Below, one piece after another: positions 25,841-38,450 of a stretch of 64,000 bases of DNA; position 1 is the first letter of the stretch; every line of letters starts with the position of its first letter. Under the pieces are notes generated by a model. It saw only the letters and a program-made list of their open reading frames with translations, ran no database searches and had not been told where the DNA came from. The translations under genes and the position numbers were made by a program. Source of the stretch: Raillietiella orientalis (lineage: Eukaryota); NCBI GenBank assembly GCA_036172245.1, contig JAYWIR010000015.1, positions 3,596,001-3,660,000 on the forward strand. Direction: 5' to 3'.

Positions 25841-27689
25841 GGATTGCGATATGGGTGGTAGGCGAAAGCCCGTCATGCATGGAGCAGCTCCGCAGCAGCT
25901 TCCTCGGGTGTCTTCAGGACAAAGGAGGACAGCTGCAAGGGCGTTTCCAAACTCTTCAAAAAAAAAGAACACCTCAGAATTAGGTGCGGGAATGTTTCCA
26001 CTATCCAGCACCAGGAGCAGTGGGGGACGACGCTTCCCCTTCGCCCAGCAGTATCAGCTCCGATTGCGTGGGACGTTCCGAAGCACGAGAAGCATGCTGT
26101 CAACTGAGGGGAAGCACAGAGCTGTCCAAATAGAGAAAAGGGATCACCAATTCCGAGGACTGGATGTCCAGAAGATCCTTCCAATGTGACAGTCTTTTGA
26201 CGTGCGCACTAGACGTTGCCGTGCCAGCTAGCAGCCGCCTTTACCGACGCCCGTGCCTCGAGAGCGTGACGGCCCCTCCTGGGGAAGGTTTGGATGTACC
26301 TCGGTGCCGCTACTTATCTTCCTGCCCCTCTCACCCAAACTGCCATTCCGGACGACCGGGTTTTCCTGATTTGGGAATTCCTCCTTTTTCCGAGAGGAAG
26401 GAGTGGAGGAGGAATCGAGTGAGAGAGATGTAGAATTATGCTCCTTACAACGAGCACTCGAGGTCCATCCCATTCCACCACCCAGGAAGCTATTTTATGA
26501 TTACTTTTCCTGATTCTGCGACATAAAGAAGAAGATGGACAACGTCCACTCTGAACAGGCGTACGCGAAGACAACGTTTCAAAAGTTCCCTCCGTCGAAG
26601 TTTCCAGCCTTGTCGCAGCTGACAGAGCGCCACTCGAGAAGCAGAAACCTACCAAAGAAAACAACCAAGACTTTTACTGGGGTTCCACAATGCATGGAGG
26701 CAGGAAAGTCTCTGTCCCCCAAAACTCGGTGTGGTGAATGTGGCGAGCAAGGACAGCTCCTGACCCGAGTCACGGTGTGCCACTTCAAGGCTGCGGAGAA
26801 CACCAGAAGGGAAGTGGCTTCAATCGCAGGGAAAATCCATCAAAATGCAGAATAAGGAAAAGAAAACCATGCCGCCCAAAATGGAATAGACTACTTATGT
26901 TTCTAGTTTTTCATATCCTTAATCCCTCCTACATTCTTTCTCCTGCGTAAACCCCCTCATGTCCCCTCAATCTGAAGAAAATGGAAAAAGATAAATTTGA
27001 CTTCATTTTTCATTCGATTACTGTATACTGGCTGCACCAATTCATCTTATGCCTACTAAAATTCACCTGCATCCTGCTATAAATTATTTCACCACAATCC
27101 CACTCTTATTTATTCGGAGATAACACACTATCCAAAAACGCCGAGAATGATCTAGAAAATCATTCCAATTCCATCAATTAAAATCTTCATCAGCTCATCC
27201 TTCCTGCTTCTCCTCATCAACCTGTCGAGTCCCACAGTCGCATCCATCTACGTCTTTGCTTCTCACCATTTTTCTCTGAATCTCAAGGCGACCGTTCTCT
27301 GAATATGCAGCAGTTTTCAACTCTGTCGTGCATCAAAAAAAGAAAGAGAAAAGAAACCTGACACTCAGATATAGCACACACTCTACCACTAATAGAACTC
27401 ATATCTTATTCGAATTCTTGACCAAATTCTCATTCTCATCTTCTTAGGGGCTTTACTTATGTTTTCTATGAAAATGCCCTCTAGTCTTTCTCGCTGATCA
27501 CACTGTTCGTTTGGTCGCGTCTTCACTTGACCGCGACGAGAAAGACAAAGATCAAAGTTTCATCAACCTCGGCTCCAGAATAGCGCCCCGTCGAGGGACC
27601 TCCGCTGCATGTCCTCCGTTTAAGGCAACTCCCAGTCGCCTATGCAGGGCCGACCGCCGAAGATGCGTGCCCGTGGGCATGAGAAGCGC

Positions 27690-27860
27690 CTTCCGAGCGT
27701 GCGGGAGAAGGAAGCAGAGAAGGTGATGTATGTTGTCTCATAGACTAAACCACTGCATGAGGCATTCTCCCATGTATCAACAACGGCACAATGCAACTGT
27801 GGATAGAATAAGGAAAGCCTCCATCTCTACAGCCGGATGGAGACCGATCTCTGCGAACCT
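27690..27860 (+). mobile_element. Remnant of an RLE-type non-LTR retrotransposon (NeSL/Utopia-like), C-terminal zinc-knuckle region
   Basis: LSHRLNHCMRHSPMYQQRHNATVDRIRKAS...WRPISAN fits the L-x-H-V-x-N-H-C...R-H-N-A-x-V-x-R motif that precedes the restriction-like endonuclease. Confidence 0.65.
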
Positions 27861-30800
27861 ACGTCTCTGTTTTGCTTTTAGTGAATTGCTACCAATTTCC
27901 CAAAGTCACTTGTTTCTTCCCGGAAGCTCACTTGGTCGCTGGACACCGTATTTCTGTTGGCCTCGTGATTCAAACCATCTTTCTCAGTTCCTACGAAACT
28001 TATTTCATCGGAACAGATTGGTTTGAAAACTTTTGGTATTGAAAGTCAGCTTCAGCCAAAGGTCAGTCAAGCAATAGTTCGTGCAGCTTGAGAAACTTCT
28101 TATGACATGGAACAAGTGCTTAGGAATCAAGGAGAAAAGCGACGAAAGCAAGTTTTTCAGATTCTGACTTTGAAAAAGTCAAAGAAGAGAACTTCTCTAA
28201 TCGTTTGCTTATTTATTACGATGGGAAAACGGCATCCGAATAAATGCAAAAAAAAAAAATTGCAAATGCCAAGAGCTTTTTTCGATGTCTGGATATCAAA
28301 ACTTCCTGTGATGCACAAAGGATGCTCAATTGCTTGGCATGAAATCCAAAAGGGCATCAAAATTAATAAGTCTGTTACTTGAAATAACGAAAAATTCATT
28401 GCTTTGGAAATAATACGTTCCCAAATTATTAAACAGTAAGCGCAGTGAATCGCGCAGTTGCGAAGTGTTACAGGGATTCAATCAATAAAGTAAGTAATCT
28501 AGGATGATCTAGAATTAGGTATCAGGCTATCCCGTAGAGAGGTTGCGACCAAAGTACATCATCCAGCGTCAGTATCAAACTGCCCAAGCTCACTTATGTT
28601 AAGAGGACGGAGGGTACCCAGCATCCGATCTGTAAACATTCGGATGCGTAAAAATGGATCGACGCTGTCCAACGCAATCCAGCAGTTTACACCTAGAAAA
28701 ACGTACACACACAAAACACTGATTTTCTCAGAGGGCGAAAGCTCGAAGGCGATCGTGGGTTACCCTCCATTTGCATTTTCTCTTTATGGATGTCCACAGA
28801 AAAGGGATGCTGTCTCTTCCGCGTGGCATCAGAGAGAAATCGCGAGCGAATTCTTCTTAATGAATTCCCATCGGAAAACACGAATTTCGACACGGACAAA
28901 TGAATGGTGCAATCAGGTGTCATTAACGAAAGAAAGTAGGAATCACTGAAAGGTACATCTGAAGAGACACGTCTCATAAATAGCTCAGAGTGACTCTTAG
29001 GAGTGAGCTAAAGGTTCCAAAGGTATCCTCTCTCTTATTAATTCAGAATTGGTACTCTCAGAGGCATGCATTCAAATCCCATTTTCCAACTTGAAGTCTC
29101 TCAAAACTCAAGACAGAAATTTAATCCCATAAAAAGAAAGTGTTCCTCCAGCACACGGAAATGCGAGATCGCAAAGGGGAAAATGAATTTACTTCATTTC
29201 AATCGCATTTTAAAAAATAAAATGCAATAGAAAAAAAATCAAATCAAATCAAACCATATCTTTGTGTATGAAGAATATAAACACAAGATGATAAAATCGA
29301 AAGAAAAAAAAAAAAAAAAAGGGTGGGGGTGGGGGGGACCAAAAATCGATACCTACCTGCTCCGTTTAGAAAAGAAAAAAAGAAAACACCTTCCAATTTT
29401 CTGAGAAACCTTCGACAGAGACATAAGGAATTCACGTTCGGGAAGCTCCACTGCCTTCCTGCATTTATCTTGGAAAACGATTTCTTGCGAAATCCAGATA
29501 CACTTTCCTAGAAGGCCACTGATTCTTCTCAGCCTGAACGGACAGTTCAAGAACGACTACGGAATGGGATCCGTGAGGATTCCTTTCTGCGCCTCAACTC
29601 TTCTACAAACAGTGGAAAAGAGCTGTAAAACATGGAGGAGGAAAACGCTGCCCTCAACAGAGACTACCAGAGGGAGCATTTTATAAACTGCGGAGCTTCA
29701 CTTGGGAGCACTTCATCATTCTGTCCCTTTGGCAGCGGCTCGCCGTCGTTCCTCTTCAATAATTCCGTGGACGAATTGCGCCGGCACAGAGAGTTCAATG
29801 CAGGACACGTGGCTGGTTTGTCTTGCCCGGGACGATGGCTCGTGGGGTCGCCCTTCGTGGTGAATTGGCTCTTGGCCCCACGACCATGCTTTTCGCTTAC
29901 TGTTCCGGAGCGTGAAGACACAGCACACAGGAACCACTTGTCACTCTTGGTCATCCACGACCGGTTGTCTGCGAAAGACGGTTACAGCCACGCACGAAGA
30001 ACGTTACTCTGGCAAACGAAGAGCAGCGGTGTGAAATGCAATGGTTGGTTTCTTTTGTTCCTTTCCCAAGTGGTGTTTCATAGACCAATTTTTTTCTTTT
30101 CCCCTTCTTTCAGATACATTTTTCTCCATCGATGCATCTGAGGTTGTGACCTGACGAAATTTGGATGCTGTTTGTCGAGGTTTGCAAAACACATTAAAGG
30201 AAAAAAGGTTTCACTGGCTCTCGATAAGGTGCAGCTGACAGCAAATAAAACGAAAATCTGAATAAATGGGAAATATTCCACCGTACGAGTGCAGCTCCTC
30301 GATGTACGACTCATCCGAAAAGTATGAGATGTATACCAACAGCCAGGCATAATAATCAAAGATGCGTTTGGAGAGAGAGAAAAAAAGTTCTGCGAATTAA
30401 CAAAATGAAAACGATCGTTTTACTTGCTGCTTCTAAATCTTTTCATGCTGCTTTCGTCCCTTTGCTGCCCTTTCATTTCAAAGACTGTTCTTTGTACGCA
30501 ACTGTACGTCACCTAATTAAATGACGAAGAATAAAAAAACAAACAAACAAACACTTTACCCGAAAACCGTTTTATTTCCGTATCGAATTGCGGACTTGAA
30601 TTGCGGAATTGCAGGTCAAGTCGTTATGAGCACCACAATTTGGGAGAATGAAAACTCCTGTTACTGATTTCAATATGAATACAACGTTTTTTCCTCTCTA
30701 TAGCTGAAACAACATTGCCTTACGAACATTTCCAGACTTTTCCTAATTTTCATGTTTGCTTACTAGCGGAACCTCAGCAACACAATTACATTTCTCCTTA

Positions 30801-31230
30801 TATAAATCTATATGGAGAGGAAGCTAATGAAATGCAGTAACGTGGTTTTATTAAATGGAAATAAATCATGAGTATTTCATGATCGTAAAATCACCTTATG
30901 TAATATACACGCCACATAATGTTCACCATACGTATTTGCTCAAAAACAAATAATTTAATTGAATAAATAGGCGATAATGCACCAATTAACAAATGAACAA
31001 AAATCCTTGATGTTTGACTCATCACTTATATGATACCAATTAATTCATAAAAACCTCAAAAAGTAAAGGAATAAAATCAAAAATTACATAAGGAAATAAC
31101 TTTTCAATTAATGTACTTTAATGTCATTAGTTTGCCAATCATTAAAAATTCCTGAAGCTTCTAGAGTTCTTGCTATGAAACAATTTTACACACAATGGTC
31201 CATATTTCCAATGATAAATAAGTAATCTCA

Positions 31231-31824
31231 TCAGCGATCAATTTGTTCCATGGGAAGAAAGTGGCAGCCTAATAATCCTGGGCCACTCCAGATCTCTGGC
31301 ACTACAGTCAGATAACAGACGTTGCCTGCTCTACGAACAACCACAAAAATAGGACGCCCCCTGCTATGCCCCACTATGGTTTGCAAATCCATCAGACTAT
31401 TAAAATTTGAAGCACTGAGGGAGCCAAACTGAATCAACTGGTCACCCTGCTTCAAACCTGCTGAAGCAGCAGGTGAAGAAACAGCCACACTTTGCACATA
31501 GGCAAAAGCTTCTTCCGTCCCTGTTTCATTCATCGACTTTGCTGATTGGTAAGAGGCATGTAGTGAATGCAAGCCCTTTTCAATTTGTTGCATTATCTGA
31601 TTAAGATCTGTTTGTAAGCATCGAATCTCATGCCTCTGCCACCTGATGGTGGCTACATCTATATCAGAACGAGGATAACCTTCTGAATCTATCAAAGCAT
31701 CTTGCATGTCTATGCCACTCTGCTTAAGTGAGGTGAATAAATCACTCAGTTTTTTTTCAATGAGCTGCTTCTCCTTCATCAAGGACAGAATATGTTCTCT
31801 GCCTTGATTCATGGAGCAAGGCAT
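31231..31824 (-). CDS. PSMD9: 26S proteasome non-ATPase regulatory subunit 9 (p27/Nas2), intronless; alternative start at 31812
   Basis: Nas2 N-domain LIDSEGYPRSDIDVATIRWQRHEIRCLQTD, then a PDZ domain FAYVQSVAVSSPAASAGLKQGDQLIQFGSL...WSGPGLLGCHFLP. The first ATG is at 31824; the track's 31875 start is a GTG inside MZT1. Confidence 0.95.
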   Translation of the reverse strand: MPCSMNQGREHILSLMKEKQLIEKKLSDLFTSLKQSGIDMQDALIDSEGYPRSDIDVATIRWQRHEIRCLQTDLNQIMQQIEKGLHSLHASYQSAKSMNETGTEEAFAYVQSVAVSSPAASAGLKQGDQLIQFGSLSASNFNSLMDLQTIVGHSRGRPIFVVVRRAGNVCYLTVVPEIWSGPGLLGCHFLPMEQIDR

Positions 31825-31825
31825 A

Positions 31826-33287
31826 CTAGCACTTCTTTTGTACTGCTGCTTGACTTGCCTCTTTTTGCAATTCACGTATAACGGTAGCTAGAGCTTCTGG
31901 AATAAAAAAATCATTGAATCAGTGACACATGACTTAATACACAACAGTTCATTTGCATTCATCAGACACACAACAGCTATTTGGCTCATCTTTGTCCTGG
32001 ATATTTGGAGCAATTATAGTTCAAAATAAATACTCCAAATCTCTAAACAATCCACAAAATCTTATTTCTCATTATCACAATTCTTGATGCATTTTTAGTG
32101 AAGTGCATAGTATACTGTACACTGCAGATTGTTAGTGTGCAAAAACATAACTACTTTGGTGTTAACCTAACTTGTACAAAAGTATATGTATAATTAACTT
32201 TGATGCATTAGAATTATTTAGTCGAAAAAGAACTATTTGAACATAAAAAGGCAAATGGATTTAATTTCTAATTAAAAACAAAAACAAAAGCACTGATGGG
32301 AAGTTTTCCACTGACACCTTAGAATATCGAAAAATTGGTGAACAGAAAGGGTGATGTATAGTTCGACAACTTTGGGAAAAAATGAGTCAATGCATTTTTT
32401 TGCAATCGAATTTGCATTTTTAACAATGCGTATCCTTCGTTTACATGTAAACCGAATCCACCTTAATTAACAATCAAATTTATCAATGACAAGGACTGGA
32501 ATCATGAAAAGCACTTAACATAGTAGTTCCAACTTGGCTGGAATTGTGAGAAACAATACTAAGCACTATTAAATCAGATGATTAAAGATTTTGCACTAAA
32601 TCTTTACATCTCTGATCATTAACCTGTCGTGATCATATGTTTGGTTTTCTGATAGTCACAACAATAAATTTCGTTTTAAATAATTAGTTCAAAGGCAAAT
32701 GCATTTGGATTCAAAATTCTCACTTTGCACGCGTTTCAGATTATGGAGACGCGCAAATGATTTCAAATACAAAACAAAAAGTCCATACAATTTAAAATGA
32801 AAATAATTCTTGTGTCATTTATATTGCAATTCGAAGATGATACTCGAAACTCGAAATCATTACATCACATTGTGCTTGCTTTCAACATAAACAGGTGGGT
32901 AATGAACAGTTACGCCGCATGACGGAGGTACTACAAAATCAATCTCAAGAAACATGGCGACTGGTTTGTTCCATCATCATTTCAGTATAAAAACTAGAAA
33001 CACCAGAGTTGCAATTATTTATTTAAAACGCATCACGTATAGTTCCACTGAATAAAAGTAACTATATAAGATGCTGAGTGCACAGTAACATGCAATAGCA
33101 AAAATGATCGGAAATTACTACTACTACGAAAACCTCACATACCGGGATTAACACCTAAGTCACAAAGACGAATACAAAGGATTAAAGTTTCTTCATCTAA
33201 ACCAGTGTTCAGCAACTGGGAAATTTCTCGTAAAGTATCTAATGCTTCCCTAAAAGAAATCAACTTCGCAGCACGATCATTAGCCAT
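31826..33287 (-). CDS. MZT1: Mitotic-spindle organizing protein 1 (MOZART1/GIP, gamma-TuRC), 71 aa; exons 33287-33143, 31896-31826; 5'UTR intron 33363-33297
   Basis: Spliced translation [71 protein letters not shown] carries the MOZART1 signature EIS-x-LLNTGLD-x-ETL...C...G-x-NPEAL...I-x-EL. Canonical phase-1 intron (gtatgt...ttccag). Confidence 0.95.
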
Positions 33288-36200
33288 CTTCCAAACCTAC
33301 GAAACACAATTTTACACGATTACCAAATGCAAATAGATGAAGAAAAATATTTCATATACTTACGAAACTTCATAAAAAATTTACTGTTTCATTTGAGAAT
33401 GATTAAACGTCTATACTAAAAATAGAGAACTTTCAGGACATTTTTCACCTGGAAACAAACATTCTCCAATTAAAGCGAAACATAGACTCCTTTGTCGTTT
33501 TTGCTGTGTTTGAGATCAAATTTCACTGAACGGTTAAAACGATATGCACTCACAAAAGTTTTTATGTTATTAAAATTGGCGAAACTTGGAATCTGACATA
33601 AGTGGTTTCGATTTTCCAGGCTACACACATGTTAAGAAATCTTCCTGAGTATCCAGAAAGAAATGTGTGATTGTCCTGATGTCGAACATAGTAGTAAAAT
33701 ACTTCCGTACGTTTTTTCTAGAAGTAGTCTCTCAGCATTCATTTTTATTTGTTTCAGGAGCATCATTATTCATCCATAAAACACATCGAATTGGTGACAT
33801 TTTTTTAATATACTTTCCTGTAAGCTTTCAAAATTATGTTTCGGAATGATATTTTATTTAAAAGATTTAATACTCAAAAGGGAAGCAAATAGAATAACAG
33901 CGATTCTTAATGTAATGGATTCATTAAATAACTACATATTTATCTGTCTGTGTTTTCCCTTTCATTAAAGTCTTTTACACTTTATTAGAACATTCGGCTG
34001 TTTGTTTCGAATAAGACTGCGCAAAGAAGAAATATTTTATCAGTTTGAAAAGACAACGAAATTCTTTTTTTTTAAAAAAAGTTCTACAGGAAGAAAAAGT
34101 CTTCTTTGATATGATGAAATTGATATTTCTTAGAATGTAAACAAAGTGATGTGCTGCTTTGAAACAGCACACTGAAAAAGAAAAACAAAAAAGCCAAAAC
34201 AAAAATCAAGATGTACGTTGTCGAAAATTAACTGAAAAAAGCAATAAGTTTAAAAAAAAGCAAGTGACTTCATAAAAACAAACGAGCTGATTGTTCATCT
34301 TATCACATCTGTATTCATCATGGCATGATGGTGACTGCGAGGCTCGGTGTTGAATTAGCGAACGAAGTCACCAAATTCAAAAATACAAGAAAATGAGTAA
34401 ATTGCATACTATGACATTCGTAGATCGAAGTAACATATGGCTAATTTGGTCAAGTCTTTTCTTGACGACTTTGATGAACGAAAACAAGATGATAGAATTG
34501 ACAGCACCTGGGAACCTGCAGATCTGTCTGGAGCGAAGAAGAAAACTTAGGAATCTTCCTTCTGAGTAGCAAAATTAGAGTTCTGTGATTAATAACAAGC
34601 TCATTTATTATTTTGCAAGTTCATTTCATTCGCTAGAGGTTTTCGTTCTGACGAATATCTACGCTAATGATCCATTATGAATCAAATTGACAAAGAAAAT
34701 TTGCAATGGGAATGAGCTAATTTCTCTAATGATCAGCATTCATAATAGTATTCAATCTAACCTAATGCAATCTCTCTTCAGTCCTGATTAGACTCCAACA
34801 TACTGGTTTGAACTGCTTATCTTTTATTGGAATCTTGAGTTAAAAAAAAAAGACGTCAGAAGTAAGTTAAAGATGAAATCAGCAGATGACTGAACATCTG
34901 CATTTCCTGATCCATAGGCTCAGGAAACTATCGTGAAAGAGTTAGTGATTTTAAACCGTGCCCCTGAGAATCAGTAATTTGCAGCATATCTTCTGCTGTT
35001 GAGACATTGGGCTTTCTTAGAAACCTCATGGCTTTCACAAAGAGTGGAAATTTTGAATTATGGTCGATTTTTGGCAACAACAACAGCAATTAATCTACGC
35101 AATACATCATTGTCAGAAAGTAGTTTTTGAAAGCATGAATTATTTTTTTATAACTTTACTTGATTTCGTTTGTCTCTTTTATCGCAAATATGAATTAAAT
35201 TCTATTGATTTTTAGCGAGCTTTGGTACTGAATTATCTTTTCTGTATTTCTGTCATTTGAAAGTTAACATATATAATGCATTAACCTCTTAAATATTAAG
35301 TAAGTTTTATCTTTTGATTACTTATTTGGATCCGTATTATCATTCCAAAGCATGGTCCTCACTCAAATAGGATGATTTCTTTGCATTCTGTTTACATAGA
35401 GCAACGCAAAAACAATGCAAAGGATGCAAAATTGCTCATGGTCTCAATAAGGGGGAAGGAGAATTTGGAGTCGTTTTCTAAATCTAAGAAAGATCAGATT
35501 TTCGATCATATATGAAAAGCTAATCCAGTTTTCAAGATTCATTTGATTTTCTTGTAGTATTTTATTTTGGGTTTGAGGTCAATTAATTTTACTACTGAAG
35601 GGTTTGCTTTGTAGTTTATTTAGAGACCGTGTAGGCTTTCAATGAAACGTGTCTTTTCAATTAATTTTCATCAACTACATATACCTATAATTCTGATCGA
35701 AATGGATCAAATTTATGGTGCTTCCTTGTTGAAGGTTACATCTATTGAGAAGATACGAAATTCTTGTATTAGATCTTTCATCGACAGAAAGATCCTCTTC
35801 AAACGAATTCATCTGCTGTCTTCTTAGCAGACTTGATGCAACACCAACGAATGAATGGAGCACGAATTACACCAAGAAATTCATAAGTACCGAGTCCCTG
35901 TGTGGAATAATTATGCTTAGTATTGGTATTAAATGCTATTATACCTAATCATGTGGTCATCCAAAACAGGATGCAGGCGGGAAAAACTTCGAATGTGTTT
36001 GTAGATTGCATCTTTGGAATGAACTGCTACAGAGACTAATATTTCGAGTTTAACTAGTCTCAGTGAGGGAATGCATCTGTTGGAAAGGCTTGAGGGGGAT
36101 GCTCTGATAAACTTTACGGCATCGACATCTTTGCATACATCCCGGAGTTGCACTTTAATGCACGCAGTTAATAAACAATTTTCTTTGCAATCATACAGTA

Positions 36201-37699
36201 CCAGAGAATGCAATGAATAATTGCCCTATCTCAATGACAGAACGAACAATACGTCGTTACTTTAGAAGTACTTTAGGAAATGATGTAAGCTACCTTAGCA
36301 ACGCAGTGTTTCCGTATTGCTTGCGCTTCCGTTTGTGTGATCTTTAGAATGACGTGAGCAAAATCGAGCGTTTGTACTCTGCATTCTCAAATAAAATAAT
36401 GTGTTCGTTCCCACGGAAATTAGGTGACGCAGTAACGGGTTCGAGGGAATCTACCCTCTGTGCTTTTTATTGATTGCGTGATGGTGACACACTTTCCTTA
36501 TCAAAACATTTGGAGGAGTCGATCAAGTTTCCGCATGCCATGAGGAAGAACACAAGCTGTTTCCAAGATAACCATGACGCAAGGTTCCTATCGAAAAGTA
36601 TTTTCGGTTTTTAATTGAGCTTTCGGCCTTACTTCCGGTATGAAAGGCTCCTTCCACTGGCAATCGAGTCAGAGAAAAGGGTCAGAGGAACTTATTCCTT
36701 CTTCCACTCTGCCTTCCTGGAGAGCTGACAGGTGCACCTCATCTTCCAAAAGCGCTGCAGAAAGATGCCGAATAACTTGGGAGCTGCCCAACTTCACGAG
36801 TCTGATTTCTCGTTGAGTATAATTGCGTCACTGCCGCAGCCGAACAACAACAACAGCAAAAAAAAGGTGCAACTTGAGAATCTGACCATGAGTAAGTCTA
36901 GGTAGGAAGAGCAAAAGGCGTCCTTCGAGACAGCAGCCTCGCTACTGTAGGCTTGATGGTACCTCCTCGATCCTCGACTGGGTTCACGTACCATCTTTCA
37001 ACCGCTCAGGCGAAAGCAATCAACGGTCCCCATTTCTGCAGGACTCGCCGAACGTCGCCGTGTGTTGCCGACAGTGGGTTCCTTCTCCGTTCCGCGTCGC
37101 TTTCCCCTTCTTCCTTTCTGACGTCTTCGTCCTCCTAAGAGCTTTCTGAAAGACTCCTGCAGTTAGCCCGTGCGGATCCCGCTGTGGTCCTCGCGATGGC
37201 AGAAGTCGTCAGGAAGACCAGGACTGCCTTCGCTGTCTTTCCTCTCAGAAGCAGCTATCAAGGATTTCATTTCTCGAAGCTGTTCCGGAGGATGGGGAAA
37301 CCAGGAGTAGGAAAAACGCGCCGAGCCTGCTCACGAGTTGTGGATTCGCTCTCCATGCCTCCGGTCTACTCGCAGGGATTTCCACGTCTGCTAACTCGAG
37401 GTGCCCCTTCTTCCTCAGAGCTGAGTGTTTCCTATGCGCGAAGTTGCCGTGTGAGGGCTGCTGGTGATGTGGTCTTCTCATTTCCTTCAACAACCTTTCC
37501 CCCATCAACCCTCAAATGGAATGTTCCTTCTTGAGAGCTTGCTTCTGTTATTCCTCTTGACATCCCTTTTTGATCCTCTCCTAGAAGTGCAAGGGAAGGC
37601 TTCTAGGAGGATCGCATCAAGCAAATGAAAGTAGAGGGATCAAATTCTCTGACATGGAAGAAAGGTCTTTTTTCGGAAGTCGTCAGCGCATCTCTTCAG

Positions 37700-38450
37700 A
37701 GGAAACCCGGCAGTGGAATCCTTCCTCTGTCTCTGCTCAGGTGTCGGCGTTCAAGAGGCGTACGGGTGCCATAAACGAAAGCATCAGGATGCTGAATTAT
37801 CTTACGGGTTAAGAACATTTGGACGAGGGAAATCGCCTCGTTTCCAAGGACGAAATGAGCCAAGAGCGGTGAAAGAGACCCATGGTTCTTTCTCTTCTGA
37901 TGCCGGCACGAACCTCGAAGGTTCAGGGATGTAGGGATGTCCCTGCGTTCGCTGCGGAAAAGCAGGCATCTGACAGACGTTTCCCGAGGCAAACTGAGTC
38001 AAAGCGCTCACAGATGCCTAGGTTCAGATCACTCGGAAGCGAGCATTCGCAGGTCTCCGACCTTGACGATTCTTCTGCCTCAAAGAGCTTGGAGACTCCG
38101 CGTCGGGATGCCGGTTTAGGCATCCTGGAGCTGGACAGAATCGGAATTCAAGTGCAGTTCCGAATTCTGGCAGCTTGCGCCAAGCTGTGGACTTGCTCGT
38201 TCTGTGCGCTTGCACGCCTCATCCTACGGAGATGCGCCGGCAGCGAAGGACTGCTCGCGTTGCTGCGAGCACCCATTACAGACTGCGAGGATCTGGCTTC
38301 CCCCCTGAGGCAGCGCGCCTTCCTATGGGAAGCCCAACCATGGATCTTCTGCTGTCCAATAAATTTCAATGCCTCTGGGCAGAAGGCTGTCGAGTCCGGT
38401 GCTTTATTCCAGGAAATGCGCCCGGAGGAACTGTGCCCCCTGCGACACTT
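37700..38450 (-). mobile_element. Highly decayed LINE reverse-transcriptase remnant
   Basis: Degenerate RT motifs in the expected order: NKAP/GLDSL (~38400), LGICERFDSV (~38000; cf. D..KAFD.V), GDFPRPNVLNP (~37820; cf. GVPQGSVLSP), LNADT (~37750; cf. YADD). Confidence 0.4.
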
